DNA from: Terriglobales bacterium
GTDB taxonomy: Bacteria; Acidobacteriota; Terriglobia; Terriglobales; Acidobacteriaceae
Assembly: GCA_045808085.1 (NCBI GenBank)
Contig: JBJMGE010000006.1
Span: 144,194 to 208,193, forward strand
Reading direction: 5' to 3'
Length of the DNA stretch: 64,000 nt
Part shown: positions 7,457-16,601 of the stretch, piece after piece
Layout of the letters: each line of letters starts with the position of its first letter
Position numbering within the stretch: the stretch's first letter is position 1
Position numbers and translations under genes: made by a program
The notes under the pieces: generated by a model
What the model saw: the letters and a program-made list of their open reading frames with translations, nothing else
Databases searched by the model: none
Told to the model about the DNA's origin: nothing

Positions 7457-9898
7457 ATGGCCCAACCCACCCTGGCAACCGAACCCCAAACTCTTTTTGT
7501 TCCAATGTCACTTCGCGCGGTAATGCTGGCCGTTGCCCTGGTCAGCCTTTCCAGTCTGCTATTGGAACTGGCGCTCACGCGCTTATTCAGCGTGGTGCTC
7601 TTCTATCACTTTGCCTTTTTTGCTATCTCCGTGGCGCTACTGGGGCTGGGATCAGGCGGAGTGTTTGCCCACATCCGGCAGGAATGGCTGGCGCGCTTTG
7701 ATATGCGGACGCTGGGCACATGGCTGTGCCTGCTGAACTCGATCTTTATTTTGTGTTCAGTGGAAGTGGTGCTGCATACGCCGGTTTCTCTGGAAGTCAC
7801 AGGCCGGAACTTCGGCAAGCTCACCATCATCTATCTTGCGGCGGCGGTGCCCTTTTTTCTGACCGGACTTTTATTTTCCGTGCTGTTTGCGCGTTCGTCC
7901 GATCACATCTCGCAGCTGTACGGCGCTGATCTTGCTGGAGGCGCCACCGCCTGCCTCGCAGTTGTTCCATTGCTCAACTTTGTTGGTGCGCCCAATGCGT
8001 TGTTGCTGGCTTCAGCGTGCATGGCCGTGGCGGCTGGTTTATGGACCGACCAGATCAAGCTTCGTCGCGCGGCTTACGGATTGGCCGCCATCTTTGTTCT
8101 GCTCATGGCCGCCAACTATTCCGGCAAGATCATTGATGTGATTTATGCCAAGGGAGTCTTTCGCGATCCCAGGTGGATTGAGTACTCCCGCTGGAATGCC
8201 ATCTCCCGCATTGAAGTGGACACTCACTTAGGTGGGCGCTACGTTGTCATCGATGCCGATGCCACCACGGCAATCATGAACGTGGATCCGGCACGCTGGG
8301 AACAGAATGGCTCTCCCACCCCGATGTATACCGGCCTTCCTGACACATCAGGCTTCAACTGGAAAAAAAACCTGATGTCGGCCGCGCCCTCGGTGGCCAA
8401 TGTGCTGCGCCCGCGTGGCGACTTTGCCATCATCGGCCCCGGCGGCGGTGTGGACGTAATGCGCGCGGTCGCCAATGGCAGCCCCAGCGTGACTGGAATT
8501 GAGATCAACCCGACCATCGCCAACAACGTAATGCGCGGCCGCTACGCCGGGTACTCTTTTCACCTTTACGACCAGCCGCAAGTCCACATTCACGTGCAGG
8601 ATGGCCGCTCTTACATCCGCAGCTCGCACGAGAAGTATGACGTGGTGCAGATGACGCTCGTGGATACCTGGGCCTCCACTGCCGCAGGCGCTTTTGCCCT
8701 GAGCGAAAATAATCTTTACACCATTGAAGCCTTCCGCGAATACTTTGACCACCTGAAGCCCGACGGAATGATCGCCATCACCCGCTGGGAGTTCAAGCAG
8801 CCGCGTGAAGCGTTGCGCGTGGTCTCGCAGGGAATTGAAGCATTGCACGCGATTGGAGTGGCCGATCCGCGTCAGCATTTCGTAATCATCGCAGACGGAG
8901 GTCTGAATGAAGATGGCAGGCCGGTGCTGGTGCTGGCCAGGAAAACTCCATTTACAGCCGCTGAGTATTCGGCGGTCGCTGCTCACGTGCGCGAGAATCC
9001 GAATCTATTCTGGCTCAATCCTACCGCTGAATATGCCAACTTGCAGCCTCTTCCTCCAGCGGCAAAGGCATTCCGCGAACTGATCGAATCGAACGATCCC
9101 GCGGGATTCGCTCGCAACTATGCTTATAACGTCTCGCCCGTGAGTGACAGTGCTCCGTTTTTCTTCTTCACCTTGAAGACCCGTCACGTGATCGAAAACA
9201 TTCTGGCCGGGACAGGCCGCGGTATGGACTGGCGTATCAACCTGGGCGTAGTTGTGCTGGGAATGCTGCTGATTATTTCCATTGTGGCCGTTCTTGCGTT
9301 TCTGATTTTGCCTCTATTACTGCATCGTCACCGCCAGGGCGCGCCCAGGACCGGAATTGTTGCACTCCTTTACTTCATCGCCGTGGGCTTCGGGTTTATT
9401 CTGGTCGAAATTTCTCTGATCCAGCGCTTTGTTCTTTTCCTGGGACATCCCACGTATGCGCTAACCGTAGTTGTCTTTCTGCTTCTCCTCTCCAGCGGCG
9501 CTGGTAGCGTTGCGGCGCGCCACAGGATCAGCAGCGGCAGCAGAATCCTTCCACTGCTCGGATTGATTTCATCCATCATTTTGATCGACGTGGTCCTGCT
9601 GCCCTGGCTGCTCTCAGCCGCCATTGGGCTGCCCTTTGCCATCAAGTTGCTTCTTAGCGGCATAGTCTTAGCGCCGCTTGGCTTCCTCATGGGCATGCCC
9701 TTCCCCACCGGCTTGCGCCTGGTAAAGACCGTGGAATGGGCCTGGGCGCTCAACGCCGCCGCCAGCGTCCTGGGATCGGTCATGGCCATGATCATCGCCA
9801 TTCACTTTGGGTTGACGATCACTTTACTTTGCGCCGCCGCAGCTTACCTGTTGGCGGGCCTCTGCTCGCGGACATGGAAAGGCGCCGCCATAGCTTAG
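7457..9898 (+). CDS. Polytopic membrane protein with central spermidine-synthase-like (SAM-MTase fold) domain
   Basis: 813 aa. Multiple TM helices flank both sides of 'IIGPGGGVDV...GIEINP...HVQDGRSYI...YDVVQMTLVD...PDGMIAI'. Confidence 0.75.
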   Translation: MAQPTLATEPQTLFVPMSLRAVMLAVALVSLSSLLLELALTRLFSVVLFYHFAFFAISVALLGLGSGGVFAHIRQEWLARFDMRTLGTWLCLLNSIFILCSVEVVLHTPVSLEVTGRNFGKLTIIYLAAAVPFFLTGLLFSVLFARSSDHISQLYGADLAGGATACLAVVPLLNFVGAPNALLLASACMAVAAGLWTDQIKLRRAAYGLAAIFVLLMAANYSGKIIDVIYAKGVFRDPRWIEYSRWNAISRIEVDTHLGGRYVVIDADATTAIMNVDPARWEQNGSPTPMYTGLPDTSGFNWKKNLMSAAPSVANVLRPRGDFAIIGPGGGVDVMRAVANGSPSVTGIEINPTIANNVMRGRYAGYSFHLYDQPQVHIHVQDGRSYIRSSHEKYDVVQMTLVDTWASTAAGAFALSENNLYTIEAFREYFDHLKPDGMIAITRWEFKQPREALRVVSQGIEALHAIGVADPRQHFVIIADGGLNEDGRPVLVLARKTPFTAAEYSAVAAHVRENPNLFWLNPTAEYANLQPLPPAAKAFRELIESNDPAGFARNYAYNVSPVSDSAPFFFFTLKTRHVIENILAGTGRGMDWRINLGVVVLGMLLIISIVAVLAFLILPLLLHRHRQGAPRTGIVALLYFIAVGFGFILVEISLIQRFVLFLGHPTYALTVVVFLLLLSSGAGSVAARHRISSGSRILPLLGLISSIILIDVVLLPWLLSAAIGLPFAIKLLLSGIVLAPLGFLMGMPFPTGLRLVKTVEWAWALNAAASVLGSVMAMIIAIHFGLTITLLCAAAAYLLAGLCSRTWKGAAIA

Positions 9899-10023
9899 AA
9901 ACATGTTAGAGTCTCCAGCGGAGACAACGCGCCGCTCACCCCCTGAACCTCACTGAAAACTGTTCTACTTCTAGGGACTTACGTGGGCATCTGCTATCAT
10001 TTTCGCGTAGTTACTTCATTCCA

Positions 10024-11097
10024 TTGCCAAGTCAAAAGCAGCTCAGGTGGTCTGAACTAAAGGTCGGGATAACCGTAATTGTCGGTTCAGTGACCTTGGC
10101 CCTGCTTGTCTTCCTGATCAGCGGGACGGGCGGCCTTTTTACCAGCAAAATTACTCTCATTGCATACTTTGACAATGCTGAGGGCATACGCCCCGGCCAG
10201 CCCGTCGACTTGCAGGGAGTAGCGATTGGCAATGTGAAAACGGTCCGTGTCGTCCCTGGACGCCCGCTTAGCCCGGTGCAGGTAATCATGCGGGTGAACA
10301 AGGATTTTCAGCAGTTCATCCATGAAGATTCCAAAGCGACAATTGAAACTGCCGGCGTGCTTGGCGAGTCATTTGTTGATATCGATAGCAAAGATGTCAA
10401 GAAACCGATCGTGAAAGATGGCGCAGAGTTACCTCCCGGGAATGCGCCCGGCATTGGTGACGTGGTGAAAAGCAGCCAGACGTCGCTGCAAAATATTGAC
10501 GTGCTGGTAAAAAATGCCAATTCCATCCTGGGAGAAATTCAGAATGGCAAGGGCTCGCTCGGGCAGTTCATTAGCGATCCTTCTACCATCAACAAAATCA
10601 ACGGCATCCTGAACCAGGTCCAGGCTTTGTTGAATGACATAAGCAATGGAAAAGGCACCATCGGAAAGCTCTTTTCCGATGACAGCCTGTACCGCAAAGC
10701 GGATTCGCTGGTAACCAAGGCCGATGCCTTGGTGGATGAGATCAACCAAGGCCACGGCAGCCTGGGCAAACTGGTAAAGGATGATGCCCTTTACAACAAT
10801 GCCAATCAGGCGATTGCCACAACCAACAAGCTGCTCGCTGACCTCAATGCAGGCCGCGGCCCCGCGGGAAAATTGTTGAAGGATGAAGAGCTTTCCCGGA
10901 AGCTGCAAAACATCGTCGAAAAACTTTCTAACATCTCTGACCAGCTGGCAGCGGGCGAAGGCAGCGCGGGCAAACTGCTCAAGGATCCATCGCTCTACAA
11001 CAGCACTGATCAAATGCTGGTCGAGACGCGGAATCTGGTCAAGGCGATCCGTGAAAATCCAAAGAAATATCTCACCATCCGCTTCCGGGTGTTTTAG
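10024..11097 (+). CDS. MlaD/MCE-domain protein with five 34-aa C-terminal repeats
   Basis: TTG start. 'ELKVGITVIVGSVTLALLVF' TM helix followed by MCE core 'YFDNAEGIRPGQPVDLQGVAIGNVKTVRV'. Five tandem repeats of the form G.G..GKL.KD..LY. Confidence 0.8.
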   Translation: MPSQKQLRWSELKVGITVIVGSVTLALLVFLISGTGGLFTSKITLIAYFDNAEGIRPGQPVDLQGVAIGNVKTVRVVPGRPLSPVQVIMRVNKDFQQFIHEDSKATIETAGVLGESFVDIDSKDVKKPIVKDGAELPPGNAPGIGDVVKSSQTSLQNIDVLVKNANSILGEIQNGKGSLGQFISDPSTINKINGILNQVQALLNDISNGKGTIGKLFSDDSLYRKADSLVTKADALVDEINQGHGSLGKLVKDDALYNNANQAIATTNKLLADLNAGRGPAGKLLKDEELSRKLQNIVEKLSNISDQLAAGEGSAGKLLKDPSLYNSTDQMLVETRNLVKAIRENPKKYLTIRFRVF

Positions 11098-11199
11098 CCC
11101 CGGGCAAGCGGTGCTAGTTTTATGTCCTGCAATCCTTCATTGTTTATGCTAGGAACGTTTATGCCAGGAACTCTCACCAAACTTTTTGAGGCTCAAAAA

Positions 11200-13224
11200 A
11201 TGCGCTTATCTCTGCTGTTAACTGCCGTACTCCTCTTTACCTGCGCGTCACTCTCCGCACAAGAAAGCAAGATCACTGCCAGCTCCGTTGCCAGCTCGAT
11301 GGATAAAAGCGCTGACCCTTGTGTGGATTTCTACCAGTTCGCCTGCGGTGGATGGATCAAGAACAACCCCATTCCCGCGGATCAGTCGATCTGGAGTCGC
11401 TTCGGAGAGCTGGCGGAACGCAATCGGGCGGAGTTGCGTGGAATCCTGGAGAGCGCGGCCAAGGCGTCGAATCGCGACGCCAATGAGCAGAGGATTGGCG
11501 ACTATTACTCCGCATGCATGGATGAAGCTGCCATTGAGAAGAAAGGCCTCGCTGTCCTTAAGCCGGAATTCGACCGCATTAATGCTTTGCGCGATAAGTC
11601 CACGCTGCCGGTGCTGATTGCGTATCTGCATGGCCAGGGCATCAACGGGTTGTTCAGCTTTGGCTCCGGCGCGGACTTCAAAAATACCAAGCAGGTCATC
11701 GCGCAGGCGGACCAGGGCGGGCTCTCTCTGCCGGATCGCGACTACTACCTGAAAGACGATCCCAAATCGGTGGAGCTGCGCAAGCAATATCAAGAGCATG
11801 TTACCAACATGTTCAAGCTGCTTGGCGACGCCCCAGACAAGGCGGCTGCTGAAGCTACTGCCGTAATGAACGTGGAAACGGCGCTGGCCAAAGGCTCTGG
11901 GGATCGCGTGGAACGGCGCGAGCCCGAGCGTGTCTACCACAAGATGCCGGTCGCGGAGTGGCAGTCGCTCACGCCCGATTTCAACGTTTCCAAGTATCTA
12001 ACTGGCGTGGGCGCGCCCTCCATGGACAGCCTCAACGTGGTGGAGCCCAACTTCTTTAAGGCGCTTGCCGCCGAGCTGAAGAGCGTTAGCGTGGATGACC
12101 TGAAGACTTATCTCCGCTGGCAGTTGGTGCACTCGCAGACTGAGTCGCTGCCCAAAGTCTTCCAGGACGAAAATTTCAACTTCTACGGCAAAACTATGCA
12201 GGGAGCCAAGGAGATGCGCCCGCGCTGGAAACGCTGCGTCGCCGCCGTTGATGGCGATTTGGGCGAAGCGCTGGGCCGGGTTTTCGTTGAAAAATACTAT
12301 CCGCCGGAAGCCAAGGCACGCACGCTGAAAATGGTGAACCAACTGGAAGCCGCACTGCACCAGGACATCACCGAGCTTCCCTGGATGTCTGAGGTCACGA
12401 AGAAACAGGCTCTGGTAAAGCTGGCTGCCATCCAGAACAAGATCGGTTATCCGGCCAAGTGGCGCGACTATAGCGCATTGAAGATTGAACCCGGTGATGC
12501 GCTGGGCAATTCGCTGCACGCAAATGCGTTTGAAGTTCATCGCCAGTTGGCCAAGATTGGCAAGCCCCTGGACAAACAGGAATGGCAGATGACGCCGCCC
12601 ACGGTGAACGCCTATTACGATCCAACGGAGAATGACATCAATTTCCCCGCTGGCATCCTGCAGCCGCCATTTTATGACTTCAAGGCCGACGACGCGCTTA
12701 ATTTCGGCGGTATGGGTGCTGTGATAGGCCACGAACTCACCCATGGCTTTGACGATCAGGGTGCGCTGTTCGATGCCGAAGGCAATCTCCACGACTGGTG
12801 GACTCCGGCAGATCAAAAGGCATTCAAGGAGCGGACACAGTGCATTGTGAATGAATACGACCAGTTCGTCGCGGTAGACGACGTGCATGTGCGCGGCAAA
12901 TTAACGCTGGGCGAGAACACCGCCGACAACGGCGGATTGCGCATCGCCAACATGGCGCTGATGAAATCTCTGGCCGATGCCGCCCAGCAACCGGAGAAGA
13001 TTGACGGCTACACGCCCGAACAACGCCTCTTTATCGGTTGGGGACAGATCTGGTGCCAGAACCAGACGGACCAGATGGCGCGCCTGCTGGCCCTGAACAA
13101 CGAGCACTCGCCGGGAAAATATCGCGCCAACGGCGTAGTGCAGAACATGCCTGAGTTCCAGAAAGCATGGGGCTGCAAAGCCGGCCAGCCGATGGTCAGG
13201 GAGAATGCCTGCCACGTGTGGTGA
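11200..13224 (+). CDS. M13-family zinc metallopeptidase (PepO / endothelin-converting-enzyme-like)
   Basis: 'VIGHELTHGFDDQG' (HExxH) and 'GENTADNGG'. Start moved to 'MRLSLLLTAVLLF' (signal peptide). Confidence 0.9.
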   Translation: MRLSLLLTAVLLFTCASLSAQESKITASSVASSMDKSADPCVDFYQFACGGWIKNNPIPADQSIWSRFGELAERNRAELRGILESAAKASNRDANEQRIGDYYSACMDEAAIEKKGLAVLKPEFDRINALRDKSTLPVLIAYLHGQGINGLFSFGSGADFKNTKQVIAQADQGGLSLPDRDYYLKDDPKSVELRKQYQEHVTNMFKLLGDAPDKAAAEATAVMNVETALAKGSGDRVERREPERVYHKMPVAEWQSLTPDFNVSKYLTGVGAPSMDSLNVVEPNFFKALAAELKSVSVDDLKTYLRWQLVHSQTESLPKVFQDENFNFYGKTMQGAKEMRPRWKRCVAAVDGDLGEALGRVFVEKYYPPEAKARTLKMVNQLEAALHQDITELPWMSEVTKKQALVKLAAIQNKIGYPAKWRDYSALKIEPGDALGNSLHANAFEVHRQLAKIGKPLDKQEWQMTPPTVNAYYDPTENDINFPAGILQPPFYDFKADDALNFGGMGAVIGHELTHGFDDQGALFDAEGNLHDWWTPADQKAFKERTQCIVNEYDQFVAVDDVHVRGKLTLGENTADNGGLRIANMALMKSLADAAQQPEKIDGYTPEQRLFIGWGQIWCQNQTDQMARLLALNNEHSPGKYRANGVVQNMPEFQKAWGCKAGQPMVRENACHVW

Positions 13225-13230
13225 GTTTTT

Positions 13231-13298
13231 AGCCGCAAATTTCGCGAATGTAGACGAATCGAAAACTGATTCGTGCGTTTTCGCGTTGATTCGCGGCT
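13231..13298. repeat. REP-like nested palindrome in convergent gap
   Basis: Outer stem agccgc (13231-13236) pairs with gcggct (13293-13298). Inner perfect hairpin acgaatc/gattcgt at 13254-13274. It abuts the lipA stop. Confidence 0.6.
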
Positions 13299-14212
13299 CA
13301 GACCGTTATCAGCCCAGTCGATTCAGCCTGCTCATGTGCATGATATGACGAGCGGACCAGCGGGCCCGACTCAACATGGCGAAAGCCCATCTTGAGCGCC
13401 TCCGTCTTTAGGAAAGCGAACTCTTCGGGAGTGTAATAGCGCGTCATCGGGAGATGGTCTTTTGATGGCCGCAGATACTGGCCGACAGTGAGGATATCGA
13501 CTTTGCGCGCGGCCAGGTCCCGGAAAACTTCCAGCAGTTCATCCGTGGTTTCACCAATGCCCACCATCACACCGGTCTTTGAAACCATGCTGGGGGCAAA
13601 ACGCTTCACGTTGCTGAGCAGGTCCAGTGTGCGCTCATAGCGCGCGCCGGAGCGTACCGCACGATAGAGCCGCGGCACGGTTTCAGTATTGTGGTTCAGC
13701 ACTTCCGGCTTGGCCTCGATCACCACTTTAAGGCAATCCTCACGGCCCTGAAAATCCGGGATGAGCACTTCAATCTGGCAACCGGGAGCCTGTTCGCGGA
13801 CTTGGCGGATGGTATCGGCAAAAATCTTTGCGCCGCCCATGTTGTCGTCATCGCGATTCACGCTCGTTACCACGGCATGCTTTAGCCCGAGAGTAGCCAC
13901 AGCTTCAGCCACTCTGCGCGGTTCGTCCCAATCCAGCGGCTCGGGTTTGCCTTTGGGTACGGCACAAAAGCCGCAACGCCGTGTGCACAGATTGCCCAGC
14001 AGCATGAACGTTGCGGTCTTGTGGTTCCAGCACTCGCCAATGTTGGGGCACTGTGCAGACTCACAAACCGTGTGCAGATCCAGCGTTCTCGCTAGTTTCT
14101 TTAGATCGTGGTAATTGTCGCCCATGGGCGCGCGCGCCTTCAGCCACTCAGGCTTTTTCTGCGGACGCCGCGGCGCAAGATCAATCTGGACGAGTTCTAC
14201 GGAGCTGGCCAT
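13298..14212 (-). CDS. lipA: Lipoyl synthase (radical SAM)
   Basis: 'LHTVCESAQCPNIGECW' plus 'CTRRCGFCAV'. Start set to the ATG at 14212 ('MASSVELVQI'); the longer ORF begins with TTG. Confidence 0.95.
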   Translation of the reverse strand: MASSVELVQIDLAPRRPQKKPEWLKARAPMGDNYHDLKKLARTLDLHTVCESAQCPNIGECWNHKTATFMLLGNLCTRRCGFCAVPKGKPEPLDWDEPRRVAEAVATLGLKHAVVTSVNRDDDNMGGAKIFADTIRQVREQAPGCQIEVLIPDFQGREDCLKVVIEAKPEVLNHNTETVPRLYRAVRSGARYERTLDLLSNVKRFAPSMVSKTGVMVGIGETTDELLEVFRDLAARKVDILTVGQYLRPSKDHLPMTRYYTPEEFAFLKTEALKMGFRHVESGPLVRSSYHAHEQAESTGLITV

Positions 14213-14244
14213 CAGGGTATTTAGATGTGAATCTCTATTGTACG

Positions 14245-14814
14245 ATGCACAGGCTGCTCCGGGCTCCGCAGGGCACTGAGGTAACTTTGAATCGTCCAAA
14301 ATTGGCTCTAAACTCCAGTTTCGTGAGCGAAAAGATAGGCTTGCTAATTCGATGGTTATCGTCAGTCCACGCTCCGCTGGGTCGCTGGGCGCCGCTGGCC
14401 GGGGCTGGTCTGCTTACCAGCACGCGGCTGTTTCATTCCGGCTTCTTGAGAGCTCTGGCGTACTCGGCTTCGGCGATTTTTGCCATCCTGATTGCGTCTG
14501 ACATCGCCCGTTCCTTTATCGATCCCCAGGCATTCCCGGAAGGGAAAAGGAATCCCGCTCCTGTTTCATTTCCCATGCAGGTCGTGCGGTTAGTGCTCTC
14601 CGTCACTCTCGGCAGCATCTACAGCTTCCTGATCTTTGCCGGCATTGGATTGTGGATGCCGCCTATCTTTTGGCCGGTGATTTTTTTGGCGTGCTGCTTT
14701 ATCGGATGGCGAAATGTAAGCCTATGGTACAGGCAGGGAGAAGAGTTCGAGGAAGCGCTGGTGGAAGCTGGAGAAAATCCTGACACCCCAATTGCCTACC
14801 ATCAAGCGCACTAG
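14245..14814 (+). CDS. Hypothetical membrane protein
   Basis: Part of ORF 14011-14814 that does not overlap lipA, with ATG at 14245. Three hydrophobic helices. The start is uncertain. Confidence 0.4.
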   Translation: MHRLLRAPQGTEVTLNRPKLALNSSFVSEKIGLLIRWLSSVHAPLGRWAPLAGAGLLTSTRLFHSGFLRALAYSASAIFAILIASDIARSFIDPQAFPEGKRNPAPVSFPMQVVRLVLSVTLGSIYSFLIFAGIGLWMPPIFWPVIFLACCFIGWRNVSLWYRQGEEFEEALVEAGENPDTPIAYHQAH

Positions 14815-14823
14815 CAGCTGAGG

Positions 14824-15183
14824 TTATAGCGTGTGCAGGTAAGCAATCACTTCCTGCAACTCCGGCTCATCAAGCTGATTTCCAAACGGCGGCATCATCC
14901 CTCGGCCGCGAACAATGCTTTGCATCACGTGTTCATCATTGGCGGTAAGGCCGCTGGGCAGGTAGGGTTTCTTATACAGCTTCTTCAGCCCTGGTCCCTT
15001 GTTCCCGCTGGAGGAATACGCGGGATGGCAATTGACACAGTAAATATTGAAGACCTTGCGTCCCCGGGACTGCTCTGCGTTGAGCCCCAATTCGGCATCG
15101 GTCATCTTGGCGGGATCTTTGCCGCAACCGGACAGCAGTCCGGCCACTGCCGTCATCAGAAGAATGGACGCTATTCGACTCAA
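14824..15183 (-). CDS. Class I c-type cytochrome, probable lipoprotein
   Basis: 'CVNCH' haem motif and distal 'GMMPPF'. With a TTG start at 15183 the N-terminus is 'SRIASILLMTAVAGLLSGC' (lipobox). The longer ORF would end 5 bp from a divergent start. Confidence 0.75.
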   Translation of the reverse strand: MSRIASILLMTAVAGLLSGCGKDPAKMTDAELGLNAEQSRGRKVFNIYCVNCHPAYSSSGNKGPGLKKLYKKPYLPSGLTANDEHVMQSIVRGRGMMPPFGNQLDEPELQEVIAYLHTL

Positions 15184-15248
15184 GTGACTATTATGTCTGT
15201 AGCGTGGCGTTTTTGAAAAGCCCTGGAGACAGCACTGCCACAAAGTCC

Positions 15249-15677
15249 ATGCCGGTTGAAATCAAGCGCGCTTATGACAAGCCTTCACTCTCTGACGGCC
15301 AGCGTGTGCTGGTGGACCGGCTCTGGCCGCGTGGAATCAAAAAAGAGAAAGCCCGCATTGACCACTGGCTGAAGGAGCTTGCCCCTTCCGACGGCCTGCG
15401 CAAATGGTTCCACTCCAACGCGAACTGGATCATCTTCAAGAAGCGCTATTTCAAGGAGCTCAGTACGCCGGAAGCTTCAGCCGATCTGGAGAGCCTATAC
15501 GCGCTTATATCTGAATACGACCGGGTGACGCTGGTCTACGCGTCAAAAGACTCCGAGCGCAACAATGCTGTTGCTCTCAAGGAACTGCTGGACGGGATGA
15601 AGAAGCCGCCTTCCAGCAGCGGTCCGGCCAGGGCCATGGCAGTGCCGCGACGCATGGCCAAAAGGCGTCCAAGCTGA
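15249..15677 (+). CDS. DUF488-family protein
   Basis: 'MPVEIKRAYDKPSLSDGQRVLVDRLWPRGIKKE...WLKELAPS..LRKWF...LVYASKD.ERNNA', the characteristic DUF488 pattern. Confidence 0.8.
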   Translation: MPVEIKRAYDKPSLSDGQRVLVDRLWPRGIKKEKARIDHWLKELAPSDGLRKWFHSNANWIIFKKRYFKELSTPEASADLESLYALISEYDRVTLVYASKDSERNNAVALKELLDGMKKPPSSSGPARAMAVPRRMAKRRPS

Positions 15678-16447
15678 TGATTTTGCGTCCGCTCGATCCC
15701 ACGCCTGCCACCAGTACCGATTTTCTGCCGGCGTGGAGCGTGGTGGAGCAATCCCAACGCCATGTTGCCGATGCTTGCTGGATGATCACGCAACCCTCTC
15801 ATGCCGCGCTTGCAGGCGAGTTCGCCGCCCGCATGGCAGGGGCCAATTTGCCCAACCTGGATGCTACTGTCATACGCGCCATTGCTCTGCATGACGCAGG
15901 CTGGGGCATGCCGGACGCTCAAGCCATCATGCAGAGCCGGTCAATTAGCGAAAGCGCGCCAAAGTCGTTCGTTGCCTGCGGTGTAGGCCAGTTTGTGGAT
16001 GCGTGGGAGAAATCGATTGATGTGGCGGCTTCCGCCAGCGCAACCGGCGGCTATATTGTGAGCCGCCATTTTGAGCGGATTGCTAAAGTGAATGGATCCA
16101 AACTTCCCCAAGGTGATCGCCAGACCATGGAAGGCTTCCTTTGCAACGAAGCAGAAAGACAGAAAAAGCTGGCCACGAACCAGGAGCGCACAGCTGAAGA
16201 ATTGGAACAGCTCACTGACGTTTTGCAGTTCTGTGATCTGCTCTCGCTTTATGTCTGCTGTGGCGCGCGCCAGAATGTTGAGTTCCCGGAATACTTTGGG
16301 ACAAAAGCGCGGCTCATAGTGGAAGCTGATAGCTATCAACTTGATCCAATACTGATCGAGCCGGGAACAGAGTTCGCGGTAGCAGCGTTGCGCCATCCGG
16401 CGACGAAAGAAGCGTCAGGGAAGGAAATTTCGATCAGAATTGGCTAA
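15677..16447 (+). CDS. Hypothetical protein (possibly DUF3891-like)
   Basis: Start overlaps the DUF488 stop (TGATG). 'QPSHAALAGEFA' and 'IALHDAGW' are reminiscent of DUF3891, from memory only. Confidence 0.5.
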   Translation: MILRPLDPTPATSTDFLPAWSVVEQSQRHVADACWMITQPSHAALAGEFAARMAGANLPNLDATVIRAIALHDAGWGMPDAQAIMQSRSISESAPKSFVACGVGQFVDAWEKSIDVAASASATGGYIVSRHFERIAKVNGSKLPQGDRQTMEGFLCNEAERQKKLATNQERTAEELEQLTDVLQFCDLLSLYVCCGARQNVEFPEYFGTKARLIVEADSYQLDPILIEPGTEFAVAALRHPATKEASGKEISIRIG

Positions 16448-16457
16448 GTTTTCCAAA

Positions 16458-16600
16458 GTCCCGAGCGTAGCGAGGGATCCCTATCAGTTCCATACTTTCA
16501 AGTTAAATTTAAATTAAAGCGGCGCCTCGTCGTGACAGTCAAAGAGGATCCGATCCACATCAGTAACTTTGCAATAGGGCTCACTCACTGCGTTCGGGAT
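16458..16600. repeat. Inverted pair of 'GTCCCGAGCG.AGCGAGGGA.CCCTA' REP elements
   Basis: 16458-16483 (forward) and 16575-16600 (reverse complement) flank a 91-bp spacer. The same motif recurs at 36420-36445, 55135-55160 and 55246-55272. Confidence 0.8.
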
Positions 16601-16601
16601 G

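Noticed and set aside
14011-14244. N-terminal extension of ORF 14011-14814
   Set aside because: It overlaps lipA on the opposite strand for about 200 bp and translates to an Arg/Ser/Ala-rich sequence. I kept only the part downstream of the ATG at 14245.
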